A stretch of DNA of 64,000 nucleotides from an uncultured delta proteobacterium (GTDB taxonomy: Bacteria; Myxococcota_A; Polyangia; Polyangiales; JAFGIB01), in the NCBI GenBank assembly GCA_963778655.1, contig CAVZVA010000009.1, positions 704,001-768,000 on the forward strand. Direction: 5' to 3'. Positions 1-10,092 of the stretch are shown here, in pieces. The notes under the pieces were generated by a model that was given only the letters and a program-made list of their open reading frames with translations, had not been told where the DNA came from and did no database searches. Position 1 is the first letter of the stretch. Every line of letters begins with the position of its first letter. The position numbers and the translations under genes were made by a program.

Positions 1-540
1 TATCGGCCGTTCGATCTGCGCTGGTTCGCGCCGATCGCGCCGCTCTGCCATCGCCCGCGACCGGCGCTGCTGGCGGCGGTCGACCGCTCGAGCTTCGCGC
101 TCGTGAGCGTGCGCAAGGATCGCGGCGCCTTGCCGTGGACGCACTTCACCGCGGCCCGCTGCGCGATCGACAACTGTCTGCTCTCGACCCGCTCCTCGTG
201 TCGCGCGCGCGCGTTTCCCACCCACGACCCGTCGGGCCGTCCGAACCTCTCGCCCGAGGTTGCGGCTGAGCTCGGGGCGCGCCTGGGCCGGCCGATCGAA
301 TCGACCGAGTTCGCCTGCTACGCGCTGGCCGTGCTCGCGAGCCCGAGCTACCGCAGCCGTCACGAGCAGGCCTTGCGCGTCGACTACCCGCGCATCCCGT
401 GGCCGCGCGACGCCAACAACTTCGCTGCGCTGTGCAAGGCCGGGGGCGAGCTGCTTGAGGCGCTGTGCCGGCCGGCCGCGGACGCGGCCGAGCGCGAGCG
501 GTTGCGGGCGCAGCTGGAGGCGATGGTCGCGCGGTTTTGA
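1..540 (+). CDS. Type ISP restriction-modification enzyme, C-terminal specificity region (5'-partial)
   Basis: Frame 1 is open from base 1 (YRPFDLRWF). It later reads YALAVLASPSYRSRHEQALRVDYPRIPWP. YRPFD and YA-L-SP-YR...L-D-PRIP are typical of LlaGI/LlaBIII-type C-terminal domains. Confidence 0.75.
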   Translation, partial: YRPFDLRWFAPIAPLCHRPRPALLAAVDRSSFALVSVRKDRGALPWTHFTAARCAIDNCLLSTRSSCRARAFPTHDPSGRPNLSPEVAAELGARLGRPIESTEFACYALAVLASPSYRSRHEQALRVDYPRIPWPRDANNFAALCKAGGELLEALCRPAADAAERERLRAQLEAMVARF

Positions 541-550
541 GGCGGGGCTC

Positions 551-596
551 CGAGCACGACTGCGACTACGAGCACGGGCACGGGCACGGCACGACT
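551..596 (+). repeat. Degenerate hexamer repeat tract (GAGCAC/GACTAC/GGGCAC)
   Basis: cgagcacgactgcgactacgagcacgggcacgggcacggcacgact directly after a stop codon; related tracts at 39290-39344 and 58098-58136. Confidence 0.6.
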
Positions 597-612
597 GGGG
601 ACGGGGTCCGGG

Positions 613-641
613 CTTCCCGTCTTCCCGGCTTGCTGTTGCAT
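613..641 (-). repeat. Dispersed ACAGGAAG-RCGGGAAG repeat copy
   Basis: Reverse complement is atgcaacagcaagccgggaagacgggaag, matching copies at 28409, 34295, 47580, 48794 and 63366. Confidence 0.6.
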
Positions 642-653
642 TTGCCCCGGAGC

Positions 654-2702
654 TCAGCGCTCGTCGCCGGCCGGCCCGCGGTCCAGGATTTCGCGCACCG
701 CGTTGAGCAGCGCGTCGGGCGAGAACGGCTTGTGCACGTAGGCGGTGTCGGCGCGCAGCGCGGCCTGCTGCAAGATGGCGTTGTCGGCGTAGCCCGAGAC
801 GTAGACCACCTTGATCTGCGGCCGCAGGGTCGCGAGGCGCAGCGCCAGCTCCGGTCCACTCATCTGCGGCATCACGACGTCGGTGAGCAGCACGTCGATC
901 GCGGCCTCGAAGTGCTCGGCCAGCTCGAGCGCCTGCACGCCGTCGCTGGCGTCGAGCACCCGGTAGCCACCCTTCTCCAGGATACGCCGGGTGGCGATCC
1001 GCACCCGTTCCTCGTCTTCCACCAGCAAGACGACCTCACGCACCTCCGCCGCCGGCCGCATGGTCTCCGGCTTGTTCGGCGTCGCGGTCTCCTCGTCGAT
1101 GCGCGGAAGATAGATCTCGAAGCGGGTGCCGCGCCCGGGCTCGCTGTACAGCGCGATGTGCCCTTGGCTCTGCTTGACGATTCCATAGACGGTCGAGAGC
1201 CCTAGCCCGGTACCGCGCCCGACCTCCTTGGTGGTGAAGAAGGGCTCAAACGCGCGTACCCGCGTGGCTTCGTCCATGCCGCAGCCGTCGTCGCGGATCG
1301 TCAGCAGCACGTACGATCCCGGCAGGATGTCCTCGCCCTCGGGCTGCGGGATGCGCATCTCGACCTCGGCGTTGGCGGTCTCGATCGTGAGCGTGCCTCC
1401 CTCCGCCACTGCGTCGCGCGCGTTGACCGCCAGGTTCATCAAGACCTGCTCGATCTGCGAGCGGTCGGCCTTGACCAGGCCGAGCGGGCGTTCGTAGCGC
1501 GTGTTGAGCTGGATCTGCTCGCTGATCACGCGGCGCAGCATCTTTTCCAGCTCGGTCACGGTCTCGTTGAGGTTCAGCACCTCGAGCCGCTGCACTTGCC
1601 GGCGGCTGAAGGCCAGCAGCTGATTGGTCAGCCGCGCCGCGCGCTCGCAGGCGTCCTGGATCACCTTGACGTCTTCGCGCCCGGGATGGCCCTCTTCCAG
1701 GCCGTCGAGCAGGAATCCGGCATAGCTCCCGATCACCATCAGCAGGTTGTTGAAATCGTGGGCAACGCCGCCGGTCAGGTGCCCGATCGACTCCATGCGC
1801 TGCGCCGCCCACAGCTCGCGCTCCAGCCGCTTGCGTTCGGTGATGTCGAGCATGCTCACCACCACGTTGGCGAGATCGGCACGCTCGCTGGGGATCAGCA
1901 TGTGCAGCAGAAACGTCTTCACGCCGGCGAAGCCCTCGAGCGCGAGCTCGGCCTCGAAGCGCGTCGCGCCCTCGGCCAGCGCGACCAGCAGCTCCTGCCA
2001 CACGCTGGTCGAGGCACCGCGCACGATCTCGCCGAACGACTCCGGCAGATCACCCTGCCGGTGCGCGCCCATCACGCGCAGCGCGGTCTCGTTGGCCTCG
2101 AGCAGCGGCCAGCGCGCCGCCGCCTGCGCCACCAGCTCGGGCCGTTGCCGCAGCAGCGGCACCAGCTCGCCGTGCTGGGCGCGCAGGCCGTCGAGCCACT
2201 CGCGCAGCCGCCCGAGATCGGTCTGGCACAGGGCCACCGGCGCGGAGTCGAAGATCGCGTGGTAGCGCCGCTCGCCCACGTCGAGCGAGCGCTGCAGCTC
2301 GAGGTTGAGCTTGCGGATCTCGTGCTCGGCCTGCATCCGCGCCGAGATGTCTTCGTGCACCGCCGCCACCTGACGATCACCCAGCGGAATGGCGTAGGCA
2401 TTGAGCCAGCGCGCCGGACCCGAGCCCTGTCGCTGCCAGATCGCCGGCATGACCTCGCGCTGGTCGCTCACGGCAGCGCGCTGCCACATCGCCGGCAGGT
2501 TGTAGGAGCCCGGCGCCGCCAGGGCGTTCGGGAACACCTCCCCCACGCGCTTGCCCACCAGCTGCGTCAGATCAATATTCGCGTGTCGGGAAGCCTCGGC
2601 GTTGGCGTAGAGCAAGCGCAGATCGGCCGCGTCGTCACCCTCGGCCAGCCACATGGTGACTCCGAAGGGCAAGGCGGCAGCGAGTTGGGTCAGCTTGTCC
2701 AT
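654..2702 (-). CDS. PAS-domain hybrid sensor histidine kinase/response regulator (CckA-like)
   Basis: H-box GGVAHDFNNLL, N-box QVLMNLAVNARDA, G-box GTGLGL, C-terminal receiver (LLVEDE...LTDVVMP...KPF), N-terminal PAS-like segments. Start placed at MDKLTQ. Confidence 0.92.
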   Translation of the reverse strand: MDKLTQLAAALPFGVTMWLAEGDDAADLRLLYANAEASRHANIDLTQLVGKRVGEVFPNALAAPGSYNLPAMWQRAAVSDQREVMPAIWQRQGSGPARWLNAYAIPLGDRQVAAVHEDISARMQAEHEIRKLNLELQRSLDVGERRYHAIFDSAPVALCQTDLGRLREWLDGLRAQHGELVPLLRQRPELVAQAAARWPLLEANETALRVMGAHRQGDLPESFGEIVRGASTSVWQELLVALAEGATRFEAELALEGFAGVKTFLLHMLIPSERADLANVVVSMLDITERKRLERELWAAQRMESIGHLTGGVAHDFNNLLMVIGSYAGFLLDGLEEGHPGREDVKVIQDACERAARLTNQLLAFSRRQVQRLEVLNLNETVTELEKMLRRVISEQIQLNTRYERPLGLVKADRSQIEQVLMNLAVNARDAVAEGGTLTIETANAEVEMRIPQPEGEDILPGSYVLLTIRDDGCGMDEATRVRAFEPFFTTKEVGRGTGLGLSTVYGIVKQSQGHIALYSEPGRGTRFEIYLPRIDEETATPNKPETMRPAAEVREVVLLVEDEERVRIATRRILEKGGYRVLDASDGVQALELAEHFEAAIDVLLTDVVMPQMSGPELALRLATLRPQIKVVYVSGYADNAILQQAALRADTAYVHKPFSPDALLNAVREILDRGPAGDER

Positions 2703-2973
2703 GCAGGCGGGCGGTCTCGTCACCATCCCGCGCACAGGCGGCCAGGGCTCCCGTTCCCGATTGCCTCGAGCGGCAGCTCGGGCCGAACCTGCACCGGCGT
2801 GCGGCTAACGGTAGCGCGGGACGGTCGAATGGGTCAACGCGAACCCTGGCGACCGGCTCCGCCGGCGCCGAGAAGCGTCCGGCAACAAGAGGCTGACCGA
2901 CCGCCGCCCGCCCTTGGTCCCGATCGCTTGAGCGATTTCTCCTTTCGGTCCAGGCTCGGGCGCAGGAGAGACC

Positions 2974-5900
2974 ATGCTGCACATCGAAGGCCTGCCGGCG
3001 TTCAGCCCGGGCACGCTAGCCAAGAAGCTGGCGCGCGTGCGCCGCCGCAACGCCGAGGTGCTCGAGCTGTACGCCGAGCACGCTTACTTCGCCGACCTGC
3101 AGGCGCAGCTCGCGCCCGAGCAGCGCGCCGTGCTCGACGCGCTGCTGCGTTACGGCCCGCGGCGCGAGCGCAGGCCGCTTTCGGGCCACATGCTGCTGGT
3201 GGTCCCGCGCCTGGGCACCATCTCGCCGTGGTCCTCCAAGGCGACCGACATTGCCAGGAGCTGCGGCCTGTCGGCGTTACGGCGGCTCGAGCGTGGAGTG
3301 ATCTACGCGGTCCGCGGGCCAGTCGCAGACGAGCCGGCGCTGCGGGCGTGCCTGCACGACCGTATGACCGAGTCGGTGCTCGAGCGCGTCGAGCAGGCCG
3401 AGGCGCTGTTCGCGCGCGGCCAGCCGTCACCGTTCGCCAGCATCGACGTGATGGGGCAGGGCGCAGCCGCGCTGGCACGCGCCGATCGCGAGCTGGGGCT
3501 GGCGCTGTCGGACGACGAGGTCGCCTATCTGGTCGACGCCTTTCGCGCGCTCGGGCGCAACCCGAGCGACGCCGAGTTGATGATGTTCGCACAGGCCAAC
3601 TCCGAGCACTGCCGGCACAAGATCTTCAACGCGCGCTTCGTGATCGACGGCCGGCCCCAGGAGCGCACGCTGCTGCAGATGATCAAGCACACCAGCGAGC
3701 GCAGCCCGGCCGCGTTGCTCAGCGCGTACCGCGACAACGCGGCGGTGATGGAGGGTCCGCTGGCCGGCCGCTTCTATCCCGACCCGAAAAGCGGCGTCTA
3801 CCGCACCACGCGCGAGCCCGCCCACGTGTTGATGAAGGTCGAGACGCACAACCATCCCACCGCCATCTCGCCCTTCGCCGGCGCCGCCACCGGCTCGGGC
3901 GGCGAGATCCGCGACGAGGGCGCGACCGGCCGCGGCGGCAAGCCCAAGGCCGGGCTGTGCGGCTTCAGCGTGAGTGACCTGCACTTGCCCGAGCTGCCGC
4001 GGCCCTGGGAGCTGCCCGAGGACAGGCCCGAGCGCATCGCCAGCGCGCTCGAGATCATGCTGGACGGGCCGCTGGGCTGCGCCGCGTTCAACAACGAGTT
4101 CGGCCGGCCCAACCTCTTGGGCTATTTCCGCAGCTTCGAGCTGAACGCGCCCGGCCCCGCGGGGCGCGAGCGCCGCGGCTACCACAAGCCGATCATGCTC
4201 GCCGGCGGCCTCGGCAACGTGCGTCCCGAGCACGTGCGCAAACAGCGTATCCCAGCGGCGGCGCCGCTGTGCGTGCTCGGCGGCCCGGCCATGCGCATCG
4301 GCCTGGGCGGAGGCGCAGCGTCCTCGATGGCCTCGGGCGCGTCGAGCGAGGAGCTCGACTACGCGTCGGTGCAGCGCGACAACGCCGAGATGCAGCGCCG
4401 CTGCCAGGAGGTGATCGACCGCTGCGTCGCGCTCGGCGAGCACAGCCCGATCGTGTCGATTCACGACGTGGGCGCCGGCGGTCTGAGCAACGCGCTGCCG
4501 GAGCTGGTACACGAGAGCGAGCGCGGCGCGCGGCTCGAGCTGCGCGAGATTCCCAGCGACGAGCCCGGCATGTCGCCGCTCGAGCTGTGGTGCAACGAAG
4601 CCCAGGAGCGTTACGTGCTGGGCATCGATCCGCAGAAGCTGGAGCAGTTTGCCGCGCTGTGCGCGCGCGAGCGCTGCCCCTACGCGGTGGTGGGCACGGC
4701 CAGCGACGACGACCGGCTGGTGGTCGCGGACCGCCACTTCGGCAATCTGCCGATCGACATGCCGCTGTCGTTGCTGTTGGGCAAGCCGCCCAAGATGGTG
4801 CGCGAGGTGGCGAGCGGGCGCTTCGAGCCCGAGCCCTTCGACGCTTCGGGCATCGATCTCGGCGAGGCGATCGAGCGCGTGCTGCGGCTGCCGACGGTGG
4901 CTGACAAGACGTTCCTGGTGACGATCGGCGACCGCAGCGTGGGCGGGCTGGTGGCGCGCGACCAGATGGTGGGCCCGTGGCAAGTGCCGGTGGCGGACGC
5001 CGCGCTCACTTGCAGCGGGTTCGATGGCTTCGCGGGCGAGGCGATGGCGATGGGCGAGCGCGCGCCGGTCGCGCTGCTCGACGCGGCGGCCTCGGCGCGC
5101 ATGGCGGTTGCCGAGGCGATCACCAACCTGGCGTCGGCGCCGGTGGCCGCGCTCTGCCAGGTCAAGCTGAGCGCCAACTGGATGGCGGCCGCGGGCCATC
5201 CGGGCGAGGACGCGCGGCTGTATCGCGCGGTGCAGGCGGTCGGCATGGAGCTGTGTCCGGCGCTCGGGATCGCGATTCCCGTCGGCAAGGACTCGCTCAG
5301 CATGCGCACGGCCTGGCAGCACGAGGGCGAGGCGCGCAGCGTGACCGCGCCGCTGTCGCTGATCGTGAGCGCCTTCGCCTGCGTGGGTGACGTGCGGCGC
5401 GCGCTCACGCCGCAGCTGCGCGCCGACGCCGGGCCCTCGCGCCTGCTGCTGATCGATCTCGGCCGCGGGCGCAATCGCCTGGGCGGGTCGTGTCTGGCGC
5501 AAGTGTACGGGGCGCTAGGCAGCGAGCCGCCGGATCTCGAAGCGCCCGAGGATCTGAGCGGCTTCTTCGACGCGGTGCAGGCGCTCAACGCGCAGGGCCG
5601 GCTGCTGGCCTACCACGATCGATCCGACGGCGGCCTGCTGGTCACGTTGCTCGAAATGGCCTTCGCAGGTGGGCTCGGGTTGGAGCTGGAGCTGGCGCCG
5701 CTGGGCACAGACGTCGTGGGCGCGCTGTTCAACGAGGAGCTCGGCGCGGTGCTGCAGGTGCGCAGCGGCGAGCTCGGCGAGGTGCGCGCCGAGCTCGCGC
5801 GCCGGGGGCTCGGCGCGCAGGTGCATGACCTGGGGGAGCCGGTGGCGGGCGAGCAGGTCCTGATCCGTCACCGCGGCCGCGTGCTTTTCGGCGGGCGGCG

Positions 5901-6855
5901 CGCGGCGCTGCGCGCGATCTGGTCGGAGACCACGCACGCGCTGCAGCGCTTGCGCGACAACCCCGAGTGCGCCGACGAGGAACAAGCGGCTCGCTGCGAC
6001 GCGGGCGATCCGGGGCTGCACGCGCACGTACCGTTCGATGCGGAGCAGGACGTCGCCGCGCCTTTCGTCGCGCGTGGGCCGCGCCCGAGGCTGGCGGTGT
6101 TGCGCGAGCAGGGCGTCAACGGCCAGGTGGAGATGGCTGCGGCCTTCGACGCCGCCGGCTTCGAGGCCGTCGACGTACACATGAGTGACCTGCTCGAGGG
6201 TCGGGTCTCGCTCAACGGTTTCGCCGGTCTGGTCGCCTGCGGCGGCTTCTCCTTCGGCGACGTGCTCGGCGCCGGAGAGGGTTGGGCCAAGTCGATCCTG
6301 TGGAACCCGCGTGTGCGCGATCAGCTCGCGAGCTTCTTCGCGCGCACGGACACCTTCGCGCTGGGCGTGTGCAACGGCTGCCAGATGATGAGCAACCTGA
6401 GCGAGCTGATCCCGGGCGCCGAGCTGTGGCCGCGCTTCGTGCAGAACCGCTCCGAGCGCTTCGAGGCGCGCCTGTCGCTTTCGCAGGTGCAGGACAGCCC
6501 CTCGATCCTGCTGCGCGGCATGAGCGGCGCGCGCCTGCCGATCGTGGTCGCGCACGGCGAGGGCAGGCTGGAGCCCGCATCGGAGCAGGCCCTGCAGGCG
6601 CTGGAGCAGAGCGGGCTAGTCGCCGCGCGCTACGTCGACCACCGCGGCGCGGTCAGCGAGCGCTACCCCCACAACCCGAGCGGCTCAGCTCACGGCATCA
6701 ACGCGCTGACCACGCGCGACGGCCGGGTGACGATCATGATGCCGCACCCCGAGCGGGTGTTTCGCTGCGTCCAGCTGAGCTACCGCCCGCCCAACCTGGG
6801 CGAAACCTCTCCCTGGCTCCGCCTGTTCCGCAACGCCCGCGCCTGGCTCGGCTAG
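2974..6855 (+). CDS. purL: Phosphoribosylformylglycinamidine synthase (single-chain large PurL)
   Basis: [40 protein letters not shown], and glutaminase motifs GVCNGCQ and MMPHPER; GGAGA RBS. Confidence 0.98.
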   Translation: MLHIEGLPAFSPGTLAKKLARVRRRNAEVLELYAEHAYFADLQAQLAPEQRAVLDALLRYGPRRERRPLSGHMLLVVPRLGTISPWSSKATDIARSCGLSALRRLERGVIYAVRGPVADEPALRACLHDRMTESVLERVEQAEALFARGQPSPFASIDVMGQGAAALARADRELGLALSDDEVAYLVDAFRALGRNPSDAELMMFAQANSEHCRHKIFNARFVIDGRPQERTLLQMIKHTSERSPAALLSAYRDNAAVMEGPLAGRFYPDPKSGVYRTTREPAHVLMKVETHNHPTAISPFAGAATGSGGEIRDEGATGRGGKPKAGLCGFSVSDLHLPELPRPWELPEDRPERIASALEIMLDGPLGCAAFNNEFGRPNLLGYFRSFELNAPGPAGRERRGYHKPIMLAGGLGNVRPEHVRKQRIPAAAPLCVLGGPAMRIGLGGGAASSMASGASSEELDYASVQRDNAEMQRRCQEVIDRCVALGEHSPIVSIHDVGAGGLSNALPELVHESERGARLELREIPSDEPGMSPLELWCNEAQERYVLGIDPQKLEQFAALCARERCPYAVVGTASDDDRLVVADRHFGNLPIDMPLSLLLGKPPKMVREVASGRFEPEPFDASGIDLGEAIERVLRLPTVADKTFLVTIGDRSVGGLVARDQMVGPWQVPVADAALTCSGFDGFAGEAMAMGERAPVALLDAAASARMAVAEAITNLASAPVAALCQVKLSANWMAAAGHPGEDARLYRAVQAVGMELCPALGIAIPVGKDSLSMRTAWQHEGEARSVTAPLSLIVSAFACVGDVRRALTPQLRADAGPSRLLLIDLGRGRNRLGGSCLAQVYGALGSEPPDLEAPEDLSGFFDAVQALNAQGRLLAYHDRSDGGLLVTLLEMAFAGGLGLELELAPLGTDVVGALFNEELGAVLQVRSGELGEVRAELARRGLGAQVHDLGEPVAGEQVLIRHRGRVLFGGRRAALRAIWSETTHALQRLRDNPECADEEQAARCDAGDPGLHAHVPFDAEQDVAAPFVARGPRPRLAVLREQGVNGQVEMAAAFDAAGFEAVDVHMSDLLEGRVSLNGFAGLVACGGFSFGDVLGAGEGWAKSILWNPRVRDQLASFFARTDTFALGVCNGCQMMSNLSELIPGAELWPRFVQNRSERFEARLSLSQVQDSPSILLRGMSGARLPIVVAHGEGRLEPASEQALQALEQSGLVAARYVDHRGAVSERYPHNPSGSAHGINALTTRDGRVTIMMPHPERVFRCVQLSYRPPNLGETSPWLRLFRNARAWLG

Positions 6856-6889
6856 CCGCGTCCTCACCCACCCCCGCCTCCGCCCGTCC

Positions 6890-8125
6890 TCAGGTCCCTC
6901 TGAGCTTCGCCAGCCGGATCTCTCGCTGAGCCTCGATGTGCTTGGGGTCGACGTGCAGCACGCGCTTGAAGTAGACGAGCGCCTTCTTGGGGTCGCCCGC
7001 CCGCTTGTAGATCAGACCGCGCACGTACAGCGCGCGTACCTCGTCGGGCTCGATCTCCAGCGCCTTCCTGAGCGAATCGAGCACGGCGCGCGGTAGGCCG
7101 TCGGTGTTCGCGCGGTGCTTCTCGAACAAAGCGTGCCCGCGCAGCGCCAGCAGCTCCGAGTCCTCGGGCTCGTCGGCGAGCAGCTCCTCGATCAGGGTCA
7201 TGGCCTCGTCGCAGCGCCCGCTTTGCACCAGGTCGCCGGCCTTACGCGCGCCCGTGATGCGGTCCTCGCCCTCGGGCACGAGCGACACGGCGACGTTGGG
7301 CATCGCCGGCGGCGTGATCTGCATGTCGAGCGGCCGCGCGCTGATGCGCGGCCCAAGCGGAGCATCGGCCGGCCGCCCGCTGGTGCGCGGCGCCAGGGAG
7401 CTGCTCGTGCCCGGCCGCGCGGAGCCCGACAGCCCCGGGCGCATTGATGCCAGGCGCTGCCACGCAGGCGCCGCCACGCTCACCATCTGGCGACCAGGGC
7501 GGATGTCGACCTGGCTGCGGTAGGTTTCGAGATTGCGCTGCTCGTGCGGCATGATCATGTGGGTCACGATCAGCGCGTAGACCAGGCGCTCGGTGCGCTG
7601 TCGCGGCAAGGGACTCTGCGCCACCAGCTCTTCGGGCGTGGCCGGCGCAGCGCGGATGAGCTCGATCAGCGGCGCGTCCTGCGCCGTGAGGCTGAGCCGT
7701 CCCAGATCGCGCCCGGGTTGCAGTCGCAGCTTCTTGCCTAGGTAGCGCTGCAGCACCGCGCCCACCATGTCGTCGCGGGCGTGCTGCTGCAGCGACGCGG
7801 TCAGCAGCGCATACGGATCGACGGCGCCGCCGAGCAGCTCGCTCGACCCGGTCAGCAGGTCGCTTTCGAAAAAGGAGAATTCGCCCTCGAACAGGCCGCA
7901 CAGTGGCAACAGGCCGTCGAGCAGCGTCAGCGCGGGTGAGGCGAAGCGCGCCGCGACCGGTCGCCCTTGCAAGAAACGGATCTCCGCCTCGAGCGTGCCG
8001 GCCTCGTCTTCGATCAAGAGCGTGCCGCTGGTGTTGCGGCGGTACAGATACAGCGCGAGGTGGCCGAACGGGGTCTCGGCCAAGGTGCCTCGCGCGACGG
8101 GCTCGCCTGGCTGCGTCGCGCTCAT
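6890..8125 (-). CDS. DUF4388-like N-terminal domain plus C-terminal TPR protein
   Basis: N-terminal GTLAETPF-HL...SGTLLI pattern; C-terminal TPRs (ALEIEPDEVRALYVRGLIYKRAGD...VLHVDPKHIEAQREIR). Confidence 0.7.
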   Translation of the reverse strand: MSATQPGEPVARGTLAETPFGHLALYLYRRNTSGTLLIEDEAGTLEAEIRFLQGRPVAARFASPALTLLDGLLPLCGLFEGEFSFFESDLLTGSSELLGGAVDPYALLTASLQQHARDDMVGAVLQRYLGKKLRLQPGRDLGRLSLTAQDAPLIELIRAAPATPEELVAQSPLPRQRTERLVYALIVTHMIMPHEQRNLETYRSQVDIRPGRQMVSVAAPAWQRLASMRPGLSGSARPGTSSSLAPRTSGRPADAPLGPRISARPLDMQITPPAMPNVAVSLVPEGEDRITGARKAGDLVQSGRCDEAMTLIEELLADEPEDSELLALRGHALFEKHRANTDGLPRAVLDSLRKALEIEPDEVRALYVRGLIYKRAGDPKKALVYFKRVLHVDPKHIEAQREIRLAKLRGT

Positions 8126-8254
8126 GACCTTAGACCGATAGGATCTGCCGCGACGTCCAGCAGTGCAACGGCTGGTATGCGGCGCCAACGTCGCGAACCG
8201 GCGCACATCGGCGGACAGTGGGCCGGCGAGCGTGCTGCCGGCGGTGGGTCGCGA

Positions 8255-9793
8255 TCAGCGGTCCCCGCGCGCGGGCGCGGCATTGTGGCCCGACTCGAAG
8301 CCGGCCGCGAGCTGCGGCTTCTGCACCTTGCCCAACGCGTTCTTCGGCAGCTCCGTCAGGATCCGCAGCAAGGTCGGCAGCTTGTACGGGGCCAGCCGTG
8401 CTTTGCCCCAGTCGCGCAACGACTCGAGCGTCAGCTCGGCGTTCGGGTCGAGCACCACCGCGGCCGCGACGCGCTGCCCCCAGACCGGGTCGGGCACCCC
8501 CACCACCGCGCACTCGCGAATCGCCGGATGCTCGCGCAGCGTCTCCTCGATCTCCAGCGCCGAGACCTTGTAGCCGCCGGTCTTGAGAATATCGACCGAC
8601 TCGCGGCCGAGAATTCGGTAGCAGCCCTGCTCGCGCAAGGCCACGTCGCCGGTCTTGAACCAGCCGTCTTCGGTGAAGGCCTCGCGCGTCGCGTCGGGCC
8701 GGTGCAGATAGCCCTGAAACACACCTGCGCTCTTCACCTGCAGCTGTCCCGGCTCGCTGTCGCCCACGGCGCGGCCGTGCTCATCGACCAGCCGCACCTC
8801 GACGCCGGGAAACGGTGCGCCCACGTAGCCGGGGCGGCGCTCGCCGTGCAAGGGGTTTCCGAGCCCCATGCCGAATTCGGTCATGCCATAGCGCTCGAGC
8901 AGGGTGTGACCGCTGATCTCGCGCCAGCGCTGCAGCGTCGCGACCGGCAGCGCCGCCGAGCCGGAGACCATCAGCCGCAAGCGCCGGCAGCCGGCCGCAA
9001 ACGCCGCCCGCTGCGCCTCGCCCGCGGCTTCGAAGGCCTCGATCAGCTTGGCGTAAATGGTGGGCACGGCCATGAACAGCGTCAGCTCGCGCGCGCTCGC
9101 CAGACGCTCGAACACCCGGGCGGTCTCGAAGCGCGGCAGCAGCTCGCAGCACGCCCCGGTCCACAGCGCGCTGCAAAGCAGGTTGAGCACGCCGTGCAGG
9201 TGGTGCAGCGGCAGCACGTGCAGGATGCGGTCGCGCTCGCTCCACTCCCAGGCCTGCACCACGGATTGGATCTGCGCTGCCAGGATCGCGTGCGTGCTGA
9301 GCACGCCTTTGGGCTTGCCGGTGGTGCCGCTGGTGTAGAGCAGCAGCGCGCCGCGTTCGGGCTCGACCCGAGGCAGCGGCGCGACCGCGTGCGCGCGCAG
9401 CTGCTCGGTCGACAGCAGCAGCGCCCCGCGTTCCGCGGCGATCGGCTCGAGCGCGCTCAGCAAGGCCGGGTGCCCGACCAGGACCGCTGCCCGCGAGTCC
9501 GCGATCACGTGCTGCAGCTCTGGCCGCGGGTGGCTCACGCACAGCGGCACGGCCACGCCGCCGGCGCGCCAGATGCCCCACTGCACCAGCGCGTAGTCGA
9601 CGCCGGGCGGCGTCAGGAAGGCCACCGTGGCGCCGTCGAGGTCGGCGCGGCCTTCGAGCAGGCCGCCCGCGACGCGGGCGCTGTGCTCGAGCAGCTCCGC
9701 GTAGCTGAGCTGCTCGTGTGGATCGCACAGCGCCACCCGCGCGCCGTGCAGCCGCGCGCGCGCCACCAGGGGAATGCTCTCGTCGCCCGTCAT
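8255..9793 (-). CDS. Acyl-CoA synthetase, malonyl-CoA synthetase (MatB/ACSF3)-like
   Basis: AMP-binding YTSGTTGKPKG, LLERYGMTE, GWFKTGD, DILKTGGYKVSALEIE, LPKNALGK. Confidence 0.9.
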   Translation of the reverse strand: MTGDESIPLVARARLHGARVALCDPHEQLSYAELLEHSARVAGGLLEGRADLDGATVAFLTPPGVDYALVQWGIWRAGGVAVPLCVSHPRPELQHVIADSRAAVLVGHPALLSALEPIAAERGALLLSTEQLRAHAVAPLPRVEPERGALLLYTSGTTGKPKGVLSTHAILAAQIQSVVQAWEWSERDRILHVLPLHHLHGVLNLLCSALWTGACCELLPRFETARVFERLASARELTLFMAVPTIYAKLIEAFEAAGEAQRAAFAAGCRRLRLMVSGSAALPVATLQRWREISGHTLLERYGMTEFGMGLGNPLHGERRPGYVGAPFPGVEVRLVDEHGRAVGDSEPGQLQVKSAGVFQGYLHRPDATREAFTEDGWFKTGDVALREQGCYRILGRESVDILKTGGYKVSALEIEETLREHPAIRECAVVGVPDPVWGQRVAAAVVLDPNAELTLESLRDWGKARLAPYKLPTLLRILTELPKNALGKVQKPQLAAGFESGHNAAPARGDR

Positions 9794-10092
9794 GCCCGCC
9801 GCAGTCTTGCCATCAAAGCGCCGGCTGCGCGAGCCCGCGTTTGCCGGGCGCCGCGGGGGGCGTGGCCCATGGGGCGCAATGGTATGGCGTTGCGGGCCGA
9901 GGTGTGCGCCAAGCGGGCCAGCTCCCGGTTTGGGCTCCGCGTTCGCGCGTGAGGCTCGCGCTGCGCGGCCCCGGCACCTCGTGGCTGCGGTATGATGGAG
10001 CGGACGCGCCCGCGGGGGCGCGGCATGGGAGCGCGCGTGAAGCCCTACGTACGGGGTCCGTCTCGGTGTCCGATCCGCCCGCACGGGGCGCG

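Noticed and set aside
2830..2925. ZTP-like riboswitch upstream of purL
   Set aside because: CTGGCGA and GCCGCCCGCC are reminiscent, but the surrounding consensus and P1 stem could not be matched. It needs an Infernal search against Rfam.
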